From Thermoplasmata archaeon (lineage in GTDB: Archaea; Thermoplasmatota; Thermoplasmata; Halarchaeoplasmatales; Halarchaeoplasmataceae), in assembly GCA_003554965.1 (NCBI GenBank), contig PWHR01000020.1, forward strand, positions 70,202 through 134,201: a DNA stretch of 64,000 nucleotides, written 5' to 3'. The notes beneath the pieces were generated by a model. The model was not told where the DNA came from, did not search any database, and worked only from the letters and a program-made list of their open reading frames with translations. Numbering within the stretch: position 1 is the stretch's first letter; each line of letters begins with the position of its first letter. A program made the position numbers and the translations under genes. This document shows positions 28,826-38,129 of the stretch, piece by piece.

Positions 28826-31800
28826 ATGATGACTATAAAAACCTTAGAAGATTTAGATGAGATGGCGAATATAGGAATAGAAGATCTTGATCCAGATCAC
28901 CCACAGATAATCTTTGGATTCGCCACATGCGGTATAGCCGCTGGTGCTGAAGACGTGGTCGAGTTCACTAAAGAATATTTGGATGAAAAGGACATAAGAG
29001 CGGAACTCGGCGCAGTGGAAGAACCAGAGATCAAATCAGTAGGCTGTATCGGGATGTGTCATGCTGAACCATTGGTAGATGTAAAGATGCCCGACAAACC
29101 AAGGATAACATACTATGATGTAGATGAGACTAAGCTGAAGAGGATCATTGATGAACATGTTATAGGTGGTCGACCGGTCAAAGAATATGCTTTAGGTCAA
29201 TTGAGTGACGAACTATCGGAATGTGAGCACGGAAAGACGAAATTTACCTGGGAATTTGAGGAAATACCCTCCCTCAATGAGATACCTTTCCTATCAAAGC
29301 AGGTCAGAGTGGCTTTGAGAAACTGCGGTATCATCGATCCGGAATCGATAATGGAGTACACGGCTAGAGGGGGTTACAGGTCAGCCTTCAATGCATTGAA
29401 TAACATGAGTCCTCAAGAAGTGATAGAGGAAGTGAAAGAATCAGGACTGCGTGGTAGAGGAGGGGCCGGTTTTCCAACTGGTTTGAAATGGCAGTTCGCA
29501 AGAGACGCCGAAGGCGATCAAAAATATGTGATCTGCAACGCAGACGAAGGTGATCCTGGTGCTTATATGGATAGAGCAGTTTTAGAAGGAGATCCACACA
29601 GCCTCATAGAAGGCATGATCATAGGAGGTTATGCGATAGATGCCTCAGTCGGTTACATATACATCAGAGCCGAGTATCCTCTAGCCATTGAAAGGTTGAA
29701 AAAGGCCATAAAAGAGGCAGAGGAATACGGAATACTGGGCGAAGATATCTTAGGCAGTGATTTTTCCTTCGAACTAAAGATAATGGAAGGAGCAGGTGCT
29801 TTCGTATGTGGAGAAGAGACGGCATTGATGGGGTCTATAGAAGGTAACCGAGGTGAACCTAGACCTAGACCGCCTTTCCCGGCTAACTCCGGATTATTCG
29901 AAAAGCCGACCAACATCAATAATGTGGAAACCTGGGCGAACCTTCCGTTGATATTCGAAAAGGGCGCTGAGTGGTTCAACAGCATGGGGACCGAGAAAAG
30001 TAAAGGTACCAAAGTTTTCTCGCTTGTCGGCAATATCAAACGAGCTGGGCTGGTAGAGATCCCGATGGGTACGAAGATGAAAGATATAATATATGAGATA
30101 GGAGGAGGGATGCAGAACGAAAGAGATTTCAAAGCCGTCCAGACAGGTGGTCCTTCCGGTGGATGTATACCTCTTGAACATTTAGACGTGGAGGTAGATT
30201 ATGAGAACTTAGATGAACTTGGGTCAATCGTAGGTTCCGGTGGAATGGTGGCGATGGACGAAGATACGTGCATGGTCGATATCGCTCGATACTTCTTAGA
30301 ATTCTGCGTTGACGAGTCCTGCGGAAAGTGTACCCCCTGTAGAGTCGGTACTAGAAGGATGCTTGAAATCTTGGAAAGAATCGTTTTGGGCGAAGCAAAG
30401 ATGAAAGATTTAGAAACCCTAGAACATCTAGCTAAACAAGTCAGGGATGGATCACTTTGTGCCCTAGGAGGTACATCACCCAATCCCGTGCTTACCACAT
30501 TGAAGTACTTTAGAGATGAATACGAGCAGCATATAGAGCATAACAAATGTCCTGCTTCCTCATGTGCAGCTTTATTCCTTTCACCGTGTGAAGATACTTG
30601 TCCTGCCGGAACCGATGTGCCAGGTCAGATGCAACTTATCATCGAGGAGCGTTTCGGGGAAGCTTACGAATTTCAGAGGGAAGACAATCCATTCCCCGGT
30701 GTTTGTGGAAGAGTATGCGACCATCCTTGTGAGGACAGATGTCAGAGGAACCAATTGGATAGAGCAGTTTCTGTGATGTCTCAGCACAGGTTCTGCGCAG
30801 ATAAAGTGTATGAAGGAGAGATCGATTACAGACCTGAAACCTCAACTCTTGAAGATACAGGTAAACATGTTGGTATAGTCGGCGGAGGAGTCACAGGATT
30901 GACGACCGCTTACTTCTTAAAAAGATTGGGTCACGATGTTACGATATACGAAGCGAAGGACGAACTTGGAGGTATGCTGAGATGGGGCATACCAAAATAC
31001 AGGCTGCCTAGAGACGTGTTGGACTGGGAGATACAACAGATTTTGGATCTCAATGTGGATGTAGAGATGAACACATCAGTGGGCAAGGATATCCCGTTTG
31101 ATGATGTGCTTGATGATCATGACGCGGTGTTCCTTGGAGTAGGAGCTCAGAAAGATCGCGCATTGAATATGGAAAACGAAGATAAGCCAGGCATATTGAA
31201 AGGAATGGATATCCTTGAAAAGATGAACAGAGGTGAAGAAGTAGAGTTGGGAGACCGCATCCTGATAGTCGGTGGGGGTAACGTAGCCGTCGATATGGCT
31301 AGGACCGCTAAGAGGATGGGCTGCGAAGAGATAATAATAGCATACAGGAGAGAAGAGGTAGATATGCCGGCTTATCCCGAAGAAGTAGAAGAGGCAAAAA
31401 AAGAAGGTATAGAGTTCAATTTCCTTCTTTCTCCTGAAGAGATAATAGTTGAAGATGGAAAAGCTACCGGCATGGTTTTCACGAAAACTAAGATGGGTGA
31501 ATACACCAAATGGGGTCGTAGGAAACCAGTGCCTGTGGATTACGAGAAAGTCATCTTCAAAGCAGATAATATAATTACGGCGATAGGTCAGGAAATAGAC
31601 ATGAGTTTCGCTGAGGACTTGGCTGATAAGATCACAGATGAAAGGGGAAGAAGACTTAAAGTAAATCCCTATACGATGGAAACAGATCATCCTGATGTAT
31701 TTGCAGGAGGAGACGCCGTTTTAGGACCAGCCACCGTTATAGAGGCCGTAGGCCATGGTAAAAAAGCCGCTAAGGAAATAGACGCCCGATTGATGGGGGA

Positions 31801-32014
31801 AGACAGGTTGGAAGAACTTCAGAGCATAAATACTTATGAATATTCCATGGAACCACCAGATAACGAGCACTACATACCTAGAGCAGAATATCAATCCATC
31901 CCCGTAGAAGAAAGGAGTGGTAACTTCGAGGAAGTCATAGTATGTATGGACAGGGAGTGCGCGGTAAAAGAAGCAAAGCGTTGTCTTAGATGTGATATAT
32001 CAGAGGAGGAATGA
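28826..32014 (+). CDS. NuoF/HydB fused to a GltD-like FAD/NADPH oxidoreductase domain
   Basis: N-part: TCGIAAGA..GCIGMC, SGLRGRGGAGFPTG, DEGDPGAYMDR, GGPSGG, ESCGKCTPCR. C-part: PCEDTCP, CGRVCDHPCEDRC, GGGVTG, GGMLRWGIP.YRLP, GGGNVA...YRR, AGGD, EAKRCLRC. Exact start among 28820, 28826 and 28829 is uncertain. Confidence 0.9.
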   Translation: MMTIKTLEDLDEMANIGIEDLDPDHPQIIFGFATCGIAAGAEDVVEFTKEYLDEKDIRAELGAVEEPEIKSVGCIGMCHAEPLVDVKMPDKPRITYYDVDETKLKRIIDEHVIGGRPVKEYALGQLSDELSECEHGKTKFTWEFEEIPSLNEIPFLSKQVRVALRNCGIIDPESIMEYTARGGYRSAFNALNNMSPQEVIEEVKESGLRGRGGAGFPTGLKWQFARDAEGDQKYVICNADEGDPGAYMDRAVLEGDPHSLIEGMIIGGYAIDASVGYIYIRAEYPLAIERLKKAIKEAEEYGILGEDILGSDFSFELKIMEGAGAFVCGEETALMGSIEGNRGEPRPRPPFPANSGLFEKPTNINNVETWANLPLIFEKGAEWFNSMGTEKSKGTKVFSLVGNIKRAGLVEIPMGTKMKDIIYEIGGGMQNERDFKAVQTGGPSGGCIPLEHLDVEVDYENLDELGSIVGSGGMVAMDEDTCMVDIARYFLEFCVDESCGKCTPCRVGTRRMLEILERIVLGEAKMKDLETLEHLAKQVRDGSLCALGGTSPNPVLTTLKYFRDEYEQHIEHNKCPASSCAALFLSPCEDTCPAGTDVPGQMQLIIEERFGEAYEFQREDNPFPGVCGRVCDHPCEDRCQRNQLDRAVSVMSQHRFCADKVYEGEIDYRPETSTLEDTGKHVGIVGGGVTGLTTAYFLKRLGHDVTIYEAKDELGGMLRWGIPKYRLPRDVLDWEIQQILDLNVDVEMNTSVGKDIPFDDVLDDHDAVFLGVGAQKDRALNMENEDKPGILKGMDILEKMNRGEEVELGDRILIVGGGNVAVDMARTAKRMGCEEIIIAYRREEVDMPAYPEEVEEAKKEGIEFNFLLSPEEIIVEDGKATGMVFTKTKMGEYTKWGRRKPVPVDYEKVIFKADNIITAIGQEIDMSFAEDLADKITDERGRRLKVNPYTMETDHPDVFAGGDAVLGPATVIEAVGHGKKAAKEIDARLMGEDRLEELQSINTYEYSMEPPDNEHYIPRAEYQSIPVEERSGNFEEVIVCMDRECAVKEAKRCLRCDISEEE

Positions 32015-32020
32015 TAACCA

Positions 32021-32707
32021 ATGAATATAATAATCGACGGAAAAGAATACGGATTTGAGCCTGGGCAAAAAGTTTACGATGTGGCCGAGGAGAACGGTAT
32101 TGATATACCCACTCTATGCTTCAATGAGTTGAATCCAGACGAAAGACCCGCAGGATGCAGGATGTGTGTGGTAGAAATAATCGATGATGGAAACAACGAA
32201 CCAAATCTAGAGTCCAGTTGTACTTTACCTGCCTCTGATGGTTTAGAGATTTCAACGAAGAATAAAGTAGTATACGATGAAAGAAGAGAAGTTCTTGAGC
32301 TGTTACTATCTGAGCATGAACAGGATTGTCGTAATTGTGGGATAAGCGGCGACTGTCATTTTGCCGATCTTTCCTTAGAATACGATATAGACGGTGTTTC
32401 AGTATGTTCAGAATGTCCCAATCGTAAAGATGGATGTTTTCTGTCCCGAGATGTATTATGTTTAGGGGCGATAACTCATGCAGGTTGTGATGCTTTCTGT
32501 ACTCGCAACGGAGACCCTTGTGAGGGTTGTTTCAGTGTTCTTAGCAACGAAGACGTACTAGTATTTGGACTCGAAGCCTATGATGAGAATGGCTTCAGCA
32601 GAAAAGAAGTGTTGGAATCTGCTAAAGTCTTCTCTTATGAGGATGTTGAGGTACTCAAAAGACTGATGGAAGAAAATGACTTATTGAAAGAGGAGGTGTC
32701 TGAATGA
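32021..32707 (+). CDS. Fusion: HydA/NuoG-type N-terminal [2Fe-2S] and His-ligated [4Fe-4S] domains + C-terminal two-cluster domain of a group-3b [NiFe] small subunit
   Basis: IPTLC...GCRMCVV...SSC; HEQDCRNC...GDC; then VCSEC....GC......CLGAITHAGCDAFC....PCEGC. Confidence 0.82.
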   Translation: MNIIIDGKEYGFEPGQKVYDVAEENGIDIPTLCFNELNPDERPAGCRMCVVEIIDDGNNEPNLESSCTLPASDGLEISTKNKVVYDERREVLELLLSEHEQDCRNCGISGDCHFADLSLEYDIDGVSVCSECPNRKDGCFLSRDVLCLGAITHAGCDAFCTRNGDPCEGCFSVLSNEDVLVFGLEAYDENGFSRKEVLESAKVFSYEDVEVLKRLMEENDLLKEEVSE

Positions 32708-34014
32708 AAGATGTAGACGTCGAAGTAGAACACGTGACCAGAGTAGAAGGTCACGGTAATATAATAGTTGATGCGAAAAAAGGTGAACTAGAGGAAGTCC
32801 TTTGGGAGGTTTCAGAAGCACCAAGGTATTTTGAAGCATTCGTTAAAGAAAAACCATACGATCAATTGGCTCAGATAACATCTAGGATTTGCGGTATCTG
32901 TTCCATCGGCCATGCGTTGACCTCTCTCAAGGCTACTGAAGACGCTATGGGTATAGAGATCTCAAAGCAAGACAAGATGTTGAGAAAGTTAGCTCTTCAT
33001 GGAGAAAACATGCAGAGTCATGTTTTACACATAGGTTATCTAGCTCTTCCCGACTTAGTGGGAAAGGATTCGATAGTTCCTATGACCTCATCTCATCCCG
33101 AGGAACTTAAAACAGTCATCGGCATACACAGTCTTGCTAACGAGATGTCGCGGATCATGTGCGGAAGGACAACTCATCCAAGGCGGTTGATACCTGGTGG
33201 TTTTTCAAAACTGCCTTCTCCTCTGGAACTGGAAGATCTGATGCATAAGCTTGAGAGTTCAGTCACTGATCTGAAAGAGATAGCTTCCTTTGTAAAAGGA
33301 CTCTCTTCAGAACTTCCTGATTTCGAAAGAGAAACAGAGTTCATCTCGCTGACCCATGACGATGAATATCCTTTCTATGAAGGCAAAATAATATCTTCAG
33401 ATGGTGGGAAAACACCCGTTGAAGATTACCTCTCCGTAACAAATGAGTACGTAGTACCACAATCCACTGCCAAGTATACTAAAAATAATCGGGAATCCTA
33501 TATGGTAGGTGCCTTAGCAAGGCTGAACAATAACTATGACAAATTGAGTCCACTCGCAAAAGAGGTTGCAGAAGACTTTGGCCTTTCTCCCGTCTGCCAC
33601 AATCCTTACATGAACACTATAGCCCAGCTAGTCGAAGTCGTTCATAACGTAGAAGATTCAATTCGCATTATTAATGAATTACTCGATAGAGGCATAGATG
33701 AACAGGGATCAACTCACAAACCCGAAATAGAACCGAAGACTGGAAGAGGTATAGGTGCTGTAGAGGTACCAAGAGGCATACTGTTCCACGATTACACTTA
33801 CGATGAAGATGGCAGGTGTACTGATGCGAACTGTATAATACCTACAAATCAGAACCATGGTAATATACAGCACGATATGGAAGACTTGGTCCCGGAGATA
33901 ATAGGAGAAAGAACAGAGGATGAAATAGAATTGACGTTGGAAATGCTAGTACGTGCTTACGACCCGTGTATCTCCTGTTCAACGCACTACGTAGATGTTG
34001 ATTTCGTAGAATAG
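32704..34014 (+). CDS. [NiFe]-hydrogenase large subunit, group 3b (sulfhydrogenase alpha / HyhL type)
   Basis: TRVEGHG, EAPRYFE, L1 RICGICSIGH, EVPRG, IIPT.QN, L2 DPCISCSTH and an 8-aa tail. GAGGAGGTG SD. Confidence 0.92.
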   Translation: MKDVDVEVEHVTRVEGHGNIIVDAKKGELEEVLWEVSEAPRYFEAFVKEKPYDQLAQITSRICGICSIGHALTSLKATEDAMGIEISKQDKMLRKLALHGENMQSHVLHIGYLALPDLVGKDSIVPMTSSHPEELKTVIGIHSLANEMSRIMCGRTTHPRRLIPGGFSKLPSPLELEDLMHKLESSVTDLKEIASFVKGLSSELPDFERETEFISLTHDDEYPFYEGKIISSDGGKTPVEDYLSVTNEYVVPQSTAKYTKNNRESYMVGALARLNNNYDKLSPLAKEVAEDFGLSPVCHNPYMNTIAQLVEVVHNVEDSIRIINELLDRGIDEQGSTHKPEIEPKTGRGIGAVEVPRGILFHDYTYDEDGRCTDANCIIPTNQNHGNIQHDMEDLVPEIIGERTEDEIELTLEMLVRAYDPCISCSTHYVDVDFVE

Positions 34015-34052
34015 AAAACATACATTAATGATACAAAAACCATTTTTATTTT

Positions 34053-34652
34053 TCATTCTTCATCTTCTATTTTGGTAAGGATCTTTTCGAATCTTTCCTC
34101 TAACTCTTTATCTTTTCTCTTCTCAAGGAGATACATCAGGACTTCGAATCTGAGAAGTTGGGGAAAGCTTACCTCGCCGATCTTTTCTTCTTCATCAGAG
34201 ATAGGATCCATAACCCTTTCTTTGAGATCTATAAAGAACTTGGATAGTTCATCGATCAATTCCTCTTTCTCTTCTTCCTTTACTTTGTAGTTCATGATCT
34301 CCAGAAAGTCAACCATCTTTTCTGCATTCTTTTTTTCCCAATCTATCGTTATGTCCGTACGGACTCCGCTTTCCATTGAACTTGGATTGAGTAAAAAAAC
34401 CTTGGCCGTCCTCGAGTAAACTTTTTTCGGTATATGGTGGTCTTTTTGTTCTCCCACCATTTCCAAGTATCCTGCCTTTTCCAACTTTTTCACATGTCTA
34501 TAGATAGTGGAGTGGTCCTTGTCTAGAGTTTCAGACATCTGTGTAAGTGTCATATCATTTACTTTCAGTAGCGAGAGTATATCTCTCCTGGTATCCTCTA
34601 TAGCCAACTTGACATGTTCTGGATCACTCACTACTTTTACTTCCTTTTTCAT
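34053..34652 (-). CDS. ArsR-like winged-helix transcriptional regulator
   Basis: DTRRDILSLL...MTLTQMSETLDKDHSTIYRHVKKLEKAG...K.YSRTA. Confidence 0.8.
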   Translation of the reverse strand: MKKEVKVVSDPEHVKLAIEDTRRDILSLLKVNDMTLTQMSETLDKDHSTIYRHVKKLEKAGYLEMVGEQKDHHIPKKVYSRTAKVFLLNPSSMESGVRTDITIDWEKKNAEKMVDFLEIMNYKVKEEEKEELIDELSKFFIDLKERVMDPISDEEEKIGEVSFPQLLRFEVLMYLLEKRKDKELEERFEKILTKIEDEE

Positions 34653-34816
34653 ATTTCTTTCAATTGATGAGGAGGTTTATAAATAAGTTTTTGGTATGCA
34701 TCTGAGAGCGATGATCGTGAGAGTCATTGATCGCTAAAAATATAATCTATTTACCTACTAAAAATAGTAAAGTATATTAATCCCATGTCATTGAATGGTC
34801 TCGATAAGGTGAAATC

Positions 34817-35155
34817 GTGAAAAACGACGAGAATTGCTGCTCCGATGACAAGAATTGTTTGTGTCCCGTAGAAGGTATCATCGATGTGATCTCTAAAAAG
34901 TGGGCGATATGTATAATAAGTCATCTAGGAATCAAAAAGGAAGGGTACAGGTTCAATGAACTTCAAAGGTCTTTAAAAGGCATAAGTCCAAAATCTCTTT
35001 CAGACCGTCTTAAAGAGCTGAAGGAAGAAGGGCTCATCGATAGAGATGTTGAAGATTCCGTACCTCCAAAAGTTACTTACACACTCACCAAAGACGGCAG
35101 ATCCTTACACGAAAGAATGAAACCTCTAGTAAGGTGGGTAAACGAAAGAGAGTAG
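34817..35155 (+). CDS. HxlR/DUF24-family winged-helix regulator
   Basis: CPV...I..ISKKW, RFNELQRSL.GISPKSLS.RLKEL, PPKV.Y.LT..G. AAGGTGA SD before GTG. Confidence 0.88.
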   Translation: MKNDENCCSDDKNCLCPVEGIIDVISKKWAICIISHLGIKKEGYRFNELQRSLKGISPKSLSDRLKELKEEGLIDRDVEDSVPPKVTYTLTKDGRSLHERMKPLVRWVNERE

Positions 35156-35210
35156 TCAAATAGAGGATCAACCGTTACATTTAAATAATAAATGCCTGTA
35201 ATAGCCCTTT

Positions 35211-35328
35211 GCTCTGTCTGTTGACCAGACGTGATGGGGCAATCCAGTTAGGATCCCTGTCTTTACACGTCACGGTCTTCGGACTCCACAAGAGGCATGG
35301 ATTCTGTCTCCATGGCTTTACGCAGAGT
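35211..35328 (+). ncRNA. Putative structured 5' leader RNA of the rpl3/rpl4 operon
   Basis: TATA at 35180-35187. Nested pairings: CTCTG/CAGAG, GACGTG/CACGTC, GATGGG/CCTGTC, ATCC/GGAT, GGTC-TTCG-GACT, CATGGA/TCCATG. Confidence 0.55.
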
Positions 35329-35349
35329 TAACCATATCGAGGTGTACAC

Positions 35350-36348
35350 ATGGTAGAAACACATCATCCGAGAAGAGGTTCAATGGGATATTCACCCCGA
35401 AAACGCGCTAAAAGCATCGTGCCCAATATCAGGTCTTGGCCGGAATGGGATGGGGAGCCAAAATTACAGGCCTTCCCTGGTTACAAGGCGGGTATGAGCC
35501 ACGCTTTCGTAGTAGATTACAGAGCTACAAGCACAACGTCAGGACAGGAAGTGAGGGTACCTATCACGATAGTTGAAGTCGCACCTATCAAAGTAGTAGG
35601 CTTACGATTCTACGAAGAAACACATGAAGGATTGAAAACGATGGGAGAAGTATGGACCAGTAAGGTCGACGAAACCCTTAGAAAGAGACTTCCCGTACCT
35701 GATAATTATAATACCGAGAGTATGTGGGATGGGATAGATAGAGAGTTAGTAGACGAAGTCAGAGCGATAATTCATACTCAACCGGATCTAGTTTCTGGCA
35801 TCCCGAAAAAGGTCCCTGAGATCATGGAAGTTAGGATCGGTGGAGGAACTATTCAGGAAAGGATCGATGCCGGAGAAAAAATGCTTGGTGAAGATATTGA
35901 ATACGAGGATTTCTGCGAAGCGGGCAGGATGGTAGATGTTTCAGCTATAACCAAAGGTAAGGGATTTCAAGGACATGTTAAAAGGTGGGGTGTGAAATTA
36001 CTTCAGCATAAAAATAGTAAATCTGTTAGGAATGTTGGAAACACTGGCCCCTTTAGACCAGGTTATACCAGACCCACGGTTCCTCAAGCTGGACAGCAAG
36101 GGTATCATCAAAGGACTGAATTGAATAAACGTGTGCTTAAAATCGGTGAAGACGGTGAGGAAGTCACACCCGATGGAGGCTTTATAAATTACGGAGATAT
36201 AAACAACTCATACGTGGTACTCCACGGTTCTATACCTGGACCAACTAAGAGGTTGACTGTGATGAGAGACGCCGTTAGAGACGAAAAATACGATGTGCAT
36301 GATCCGAACTTAACCTACATATCGACTGAATCTAACCAGGGGGTCTAA
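35350..36348 (+). CDS. rpl3: 50S ribosomal protein uL3
   Basis: HPRRGSMGYSPRKRA, GYKAGM, TKGKGFQG.VKRWG and GYHQRTE motifs. Confidence 0.97.
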   Translation: MVETHHPRRGSMGYSPRKRAKSIVPNIRSWPEWDGEPKLQAFPGYKAGMSHAFVVDYRATSTTSGQEVRVPITIVEVAPIKVVGLRFYEETHEGLKTMGEVWTSKVDETLRKRLPVPDNYNTESMWDGIDRELVDEVRAIIHTQPDLVSGIPKKVPEIMEVRIGGGTIQERIDAGEKMLGEDIEYEDFCEAGRMVDVSAITKGKGFQGHVKRWGVKLLQHKNSKSVRNVGNTGPFRPGYTRPTVPQAGQQGYHQRTELNKRVLKIGEDGEEVTPDGGFINYGDINNSYVVLHGSIPGPTKRLTVMRDAVRDEKYDVHDPNLTYISTESNQGV

Positions 36349-36351
36349 TAG

Positions 36352-37119
36352 ATGAAGGCAAAAGTATACAACCTAGACGGTAAATCGAAAACTGAGATCG
36401 ATCTTCCTGCTCCTTTCTCTGAAGAGATAAGGCCAGATATAATCAAAAGAGCGGTAGAGTCATCAGAAGCAAATAAAAAGCAGCCCTATGGTCCTTCAAA
36501 AGAGGCTGGCATGAGACACGCTACGGAGATGCAGGGAAAAGGCCAAGGTATGGCGAGAGTACAGAGATTGACACAGTACGGAGGAAGTAGAGCCGCAGAA
36601 TCACCCCAAACGAGAGGGGGTAGAAGAGCTCATCCTCCGAAAGCGGAAAAAGACATGGGGAAGAAGATAAACAAAAAGGAACGCGCAAAGGCAAGAAGAT
36701 CTGCCTTGGCAGCCACAGCAAAACTTGAACTTATCAAAGAAAGAGGTCATGAGATCGAAGACGACTCTATTGATACGCCGATAGTAGTGGAAAAGAATAT
36801 CGATGAGATAAATAAGACTAAAGAGGCAATAGAATTTTTGAAAGAGATGGGTGTATACTCAGATATAGAGAGAGCCAAGGATGGGAAGAACATAAGAGCA
36901 GGGAAGGGTAAAAGAAGAAATAGAAAGTATAGACGGCCTAAAAGTCTTTTAGTTATTTTGCCGGAAGATTCTAAAGGTTTGAGAGCCTTCGATAATCTGC
37001 CAGGAGTTACTGCGAAAAACCCTCATAATCTGACTATAGAGGACCTATCCCCAGGTGGCCATTTAGGCAGATTGACTATCTTCAGCGTAAGTGCTTTGGA
37101 TAAATTGGAGGATTGGTAA
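36352..37119 (+). CDS. rpl4: 50S ribosomal protein uL4
   Basis: IRPDIIKRAV, GGRRAHPPK, RAGKGKRR and PGGH.GRLT motifs. Confidence 0.97.
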   Translation: MKAKVYNLDGKSKTEIDLPAPFSEEIRPDIIKRAVESSEANKKQPYGPSKEAGMRHATEMQGKGQGMARVQRLTQYGGSRAAESPQTRGGRRAHPPKAEKDMGKKINKKERAKARRSALAATAKLELIKERGHEIEDDSIDTPIVVEKNIDEINKTKEAIEFLKEMGVYSDIERAKDGKNIRAGKGKRRNRKYRRPKSLLVILPEDSKGLRAFDNLPGVTAKNPHNLTIEDLSPGGHLGRLTIFSVSALDKLEDW

Positions 37120-37122
37120 TAA

Positions 37123-37392
37123 ATGACTAAATACGACTCAGCTCATAAAATAGTTTACCATCCGTACGTTACGGAGAAAACCATGATGGAAATGGAAGAA
37201 GAGAACAAGCTCGAATTCATATGCGCTATAAAAGCCAACAAACATCAGATTGCAGAGGCTGTAGAAGAACTATTCGATGTCGATGTAGAAAAGGTAAATA
37301 CAAGGATAGATGAAAAAGGGAAAAGAGCGGTGGTCAAATTCACGGATGAACATTCCGCAGAAGAGATAGGAATGAGGATAGGGGTGTTCTAA
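37123..37392 (+). CDS. rpl23: 50S ribosomal protein uL23
   Basis: PYVTEK, ENKLEF, VEKVNT; operon position. Confidence 0.95.
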   Translation: MTKYDSAHKIVYHPYVTEKTMMEMEEENKLEFICAIKANKHQIAEAVEELFDVDVEKVNTRIDEKGKRAVVKFTDEHSAEEIGMRIGVF

Positions 37393-37393
37393 G

Positions 37394-38122
37394 ATGGGTA
37401 AAAGGATAATACCTCAAAGAAGAGGAAAAGGCTCACCTACCTATAGATCGCCAAGCCATAGACATCTGGCTAGACCAGGTTATCCTAAGAGTCAGGAAAC
37501 TAAGGGAGAAGTTATAGATATACACCACGCTCCAGGCAGAACAGCCCCTTTAGCCGAAGTCGAGTTCGACAACGGAGAAACCACCTTCTTGATCGCTAAT
37601 CATGGGCTTTGGGTAGGAGAAGAGATCGAAGTCGGGCCCGAAGTGAAGGTTGAGAAGGGCAACGTTTTACCTCTTCGAAGGATACCTGTAGGTATGTTCA
37701 TTTATAATATTGAACTAGAACCGCTAGACGGTGGAAAATTGGTAAAAACTGCAGGAAACTACGCAACGATCATAGCCCAGGAGAGAGAAAAAACCGTAGT
37801 AGAACTACCATCCGACAAGATCAAAAAAATAGATAATCGCTGTAGAGCAACAGTGGGAATAATAGCGGGAGGAGGACATAAAGATCAACCTTTAGTAAAA
37901 GCGGGTAAAAACGTCAAAAGTTTGAGGAGCAGGGCCAAGAGCGCAAGAAAAGTCAGAGGTGTTGCGATGGACTCTGTCGATCATCCCCATGGTGGAGGCG
38001 ATCACCAGCATGTAGGTGTACCTTCGACAGTTTCAGCCAATGCTCCGCCCGGAAGAAAAGTTGGTCGTCTTTCCTCCAAAAAGAAGAAAAAAGGTAAGAA
38101 AAAGAAGAAAAAAGAAAGGTGA
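37394..38122 (+). CDS. rpl2: 50S ribosomal protein uL2
   Basis: [31 protein letters not shown] and PPGRKVG motifs. Confidence 0.97.
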   Translation: MGKRIIPQRRGKGSPTYRSPSHRHLARPGYPKSQETKGEVIDIHHAPGRTAPLAEVEFDNGETTFLIANHGLWVGEEIEVGPEVKVEKGNVLPLRRIPVGMFIYNIELEPLDGGKLVKTAGNYATIIAQEREKTVVELPSDKIKKIDNRCRATVGIIAGGGHKDQPLVKAGKNVKSLRSRAKSARKVRGVAMDSVDHPHGGGDHQHVGVPSTVSANAPPGRKVGRLSSKKKKKGKKKKKKER

Positions 38123-38129
38123 TAGATTT

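Noticed and set aside
30560..32014. Glutamate synthase call for the GltD-like region
   Set aside because: No gltB is present and the domain is fused in frame to NuoF within a hydrogenase operon.
20313..34014. Possible selenocysteine ([NiFeSe]) recoding in the hydrogenases
   Set aside because: Both large subunits have ordinary Cys in L1 and L2 and uninterrupted frames; no in-frame TGA needs explaining.
34053..34652. SurR-type sulfur-response regulator
   Set aside because: The protein has no cysteines, so it lacks the CxxC switch, and I saw no clear GTT-N3-AAC sites in the hydrogenase spacer.
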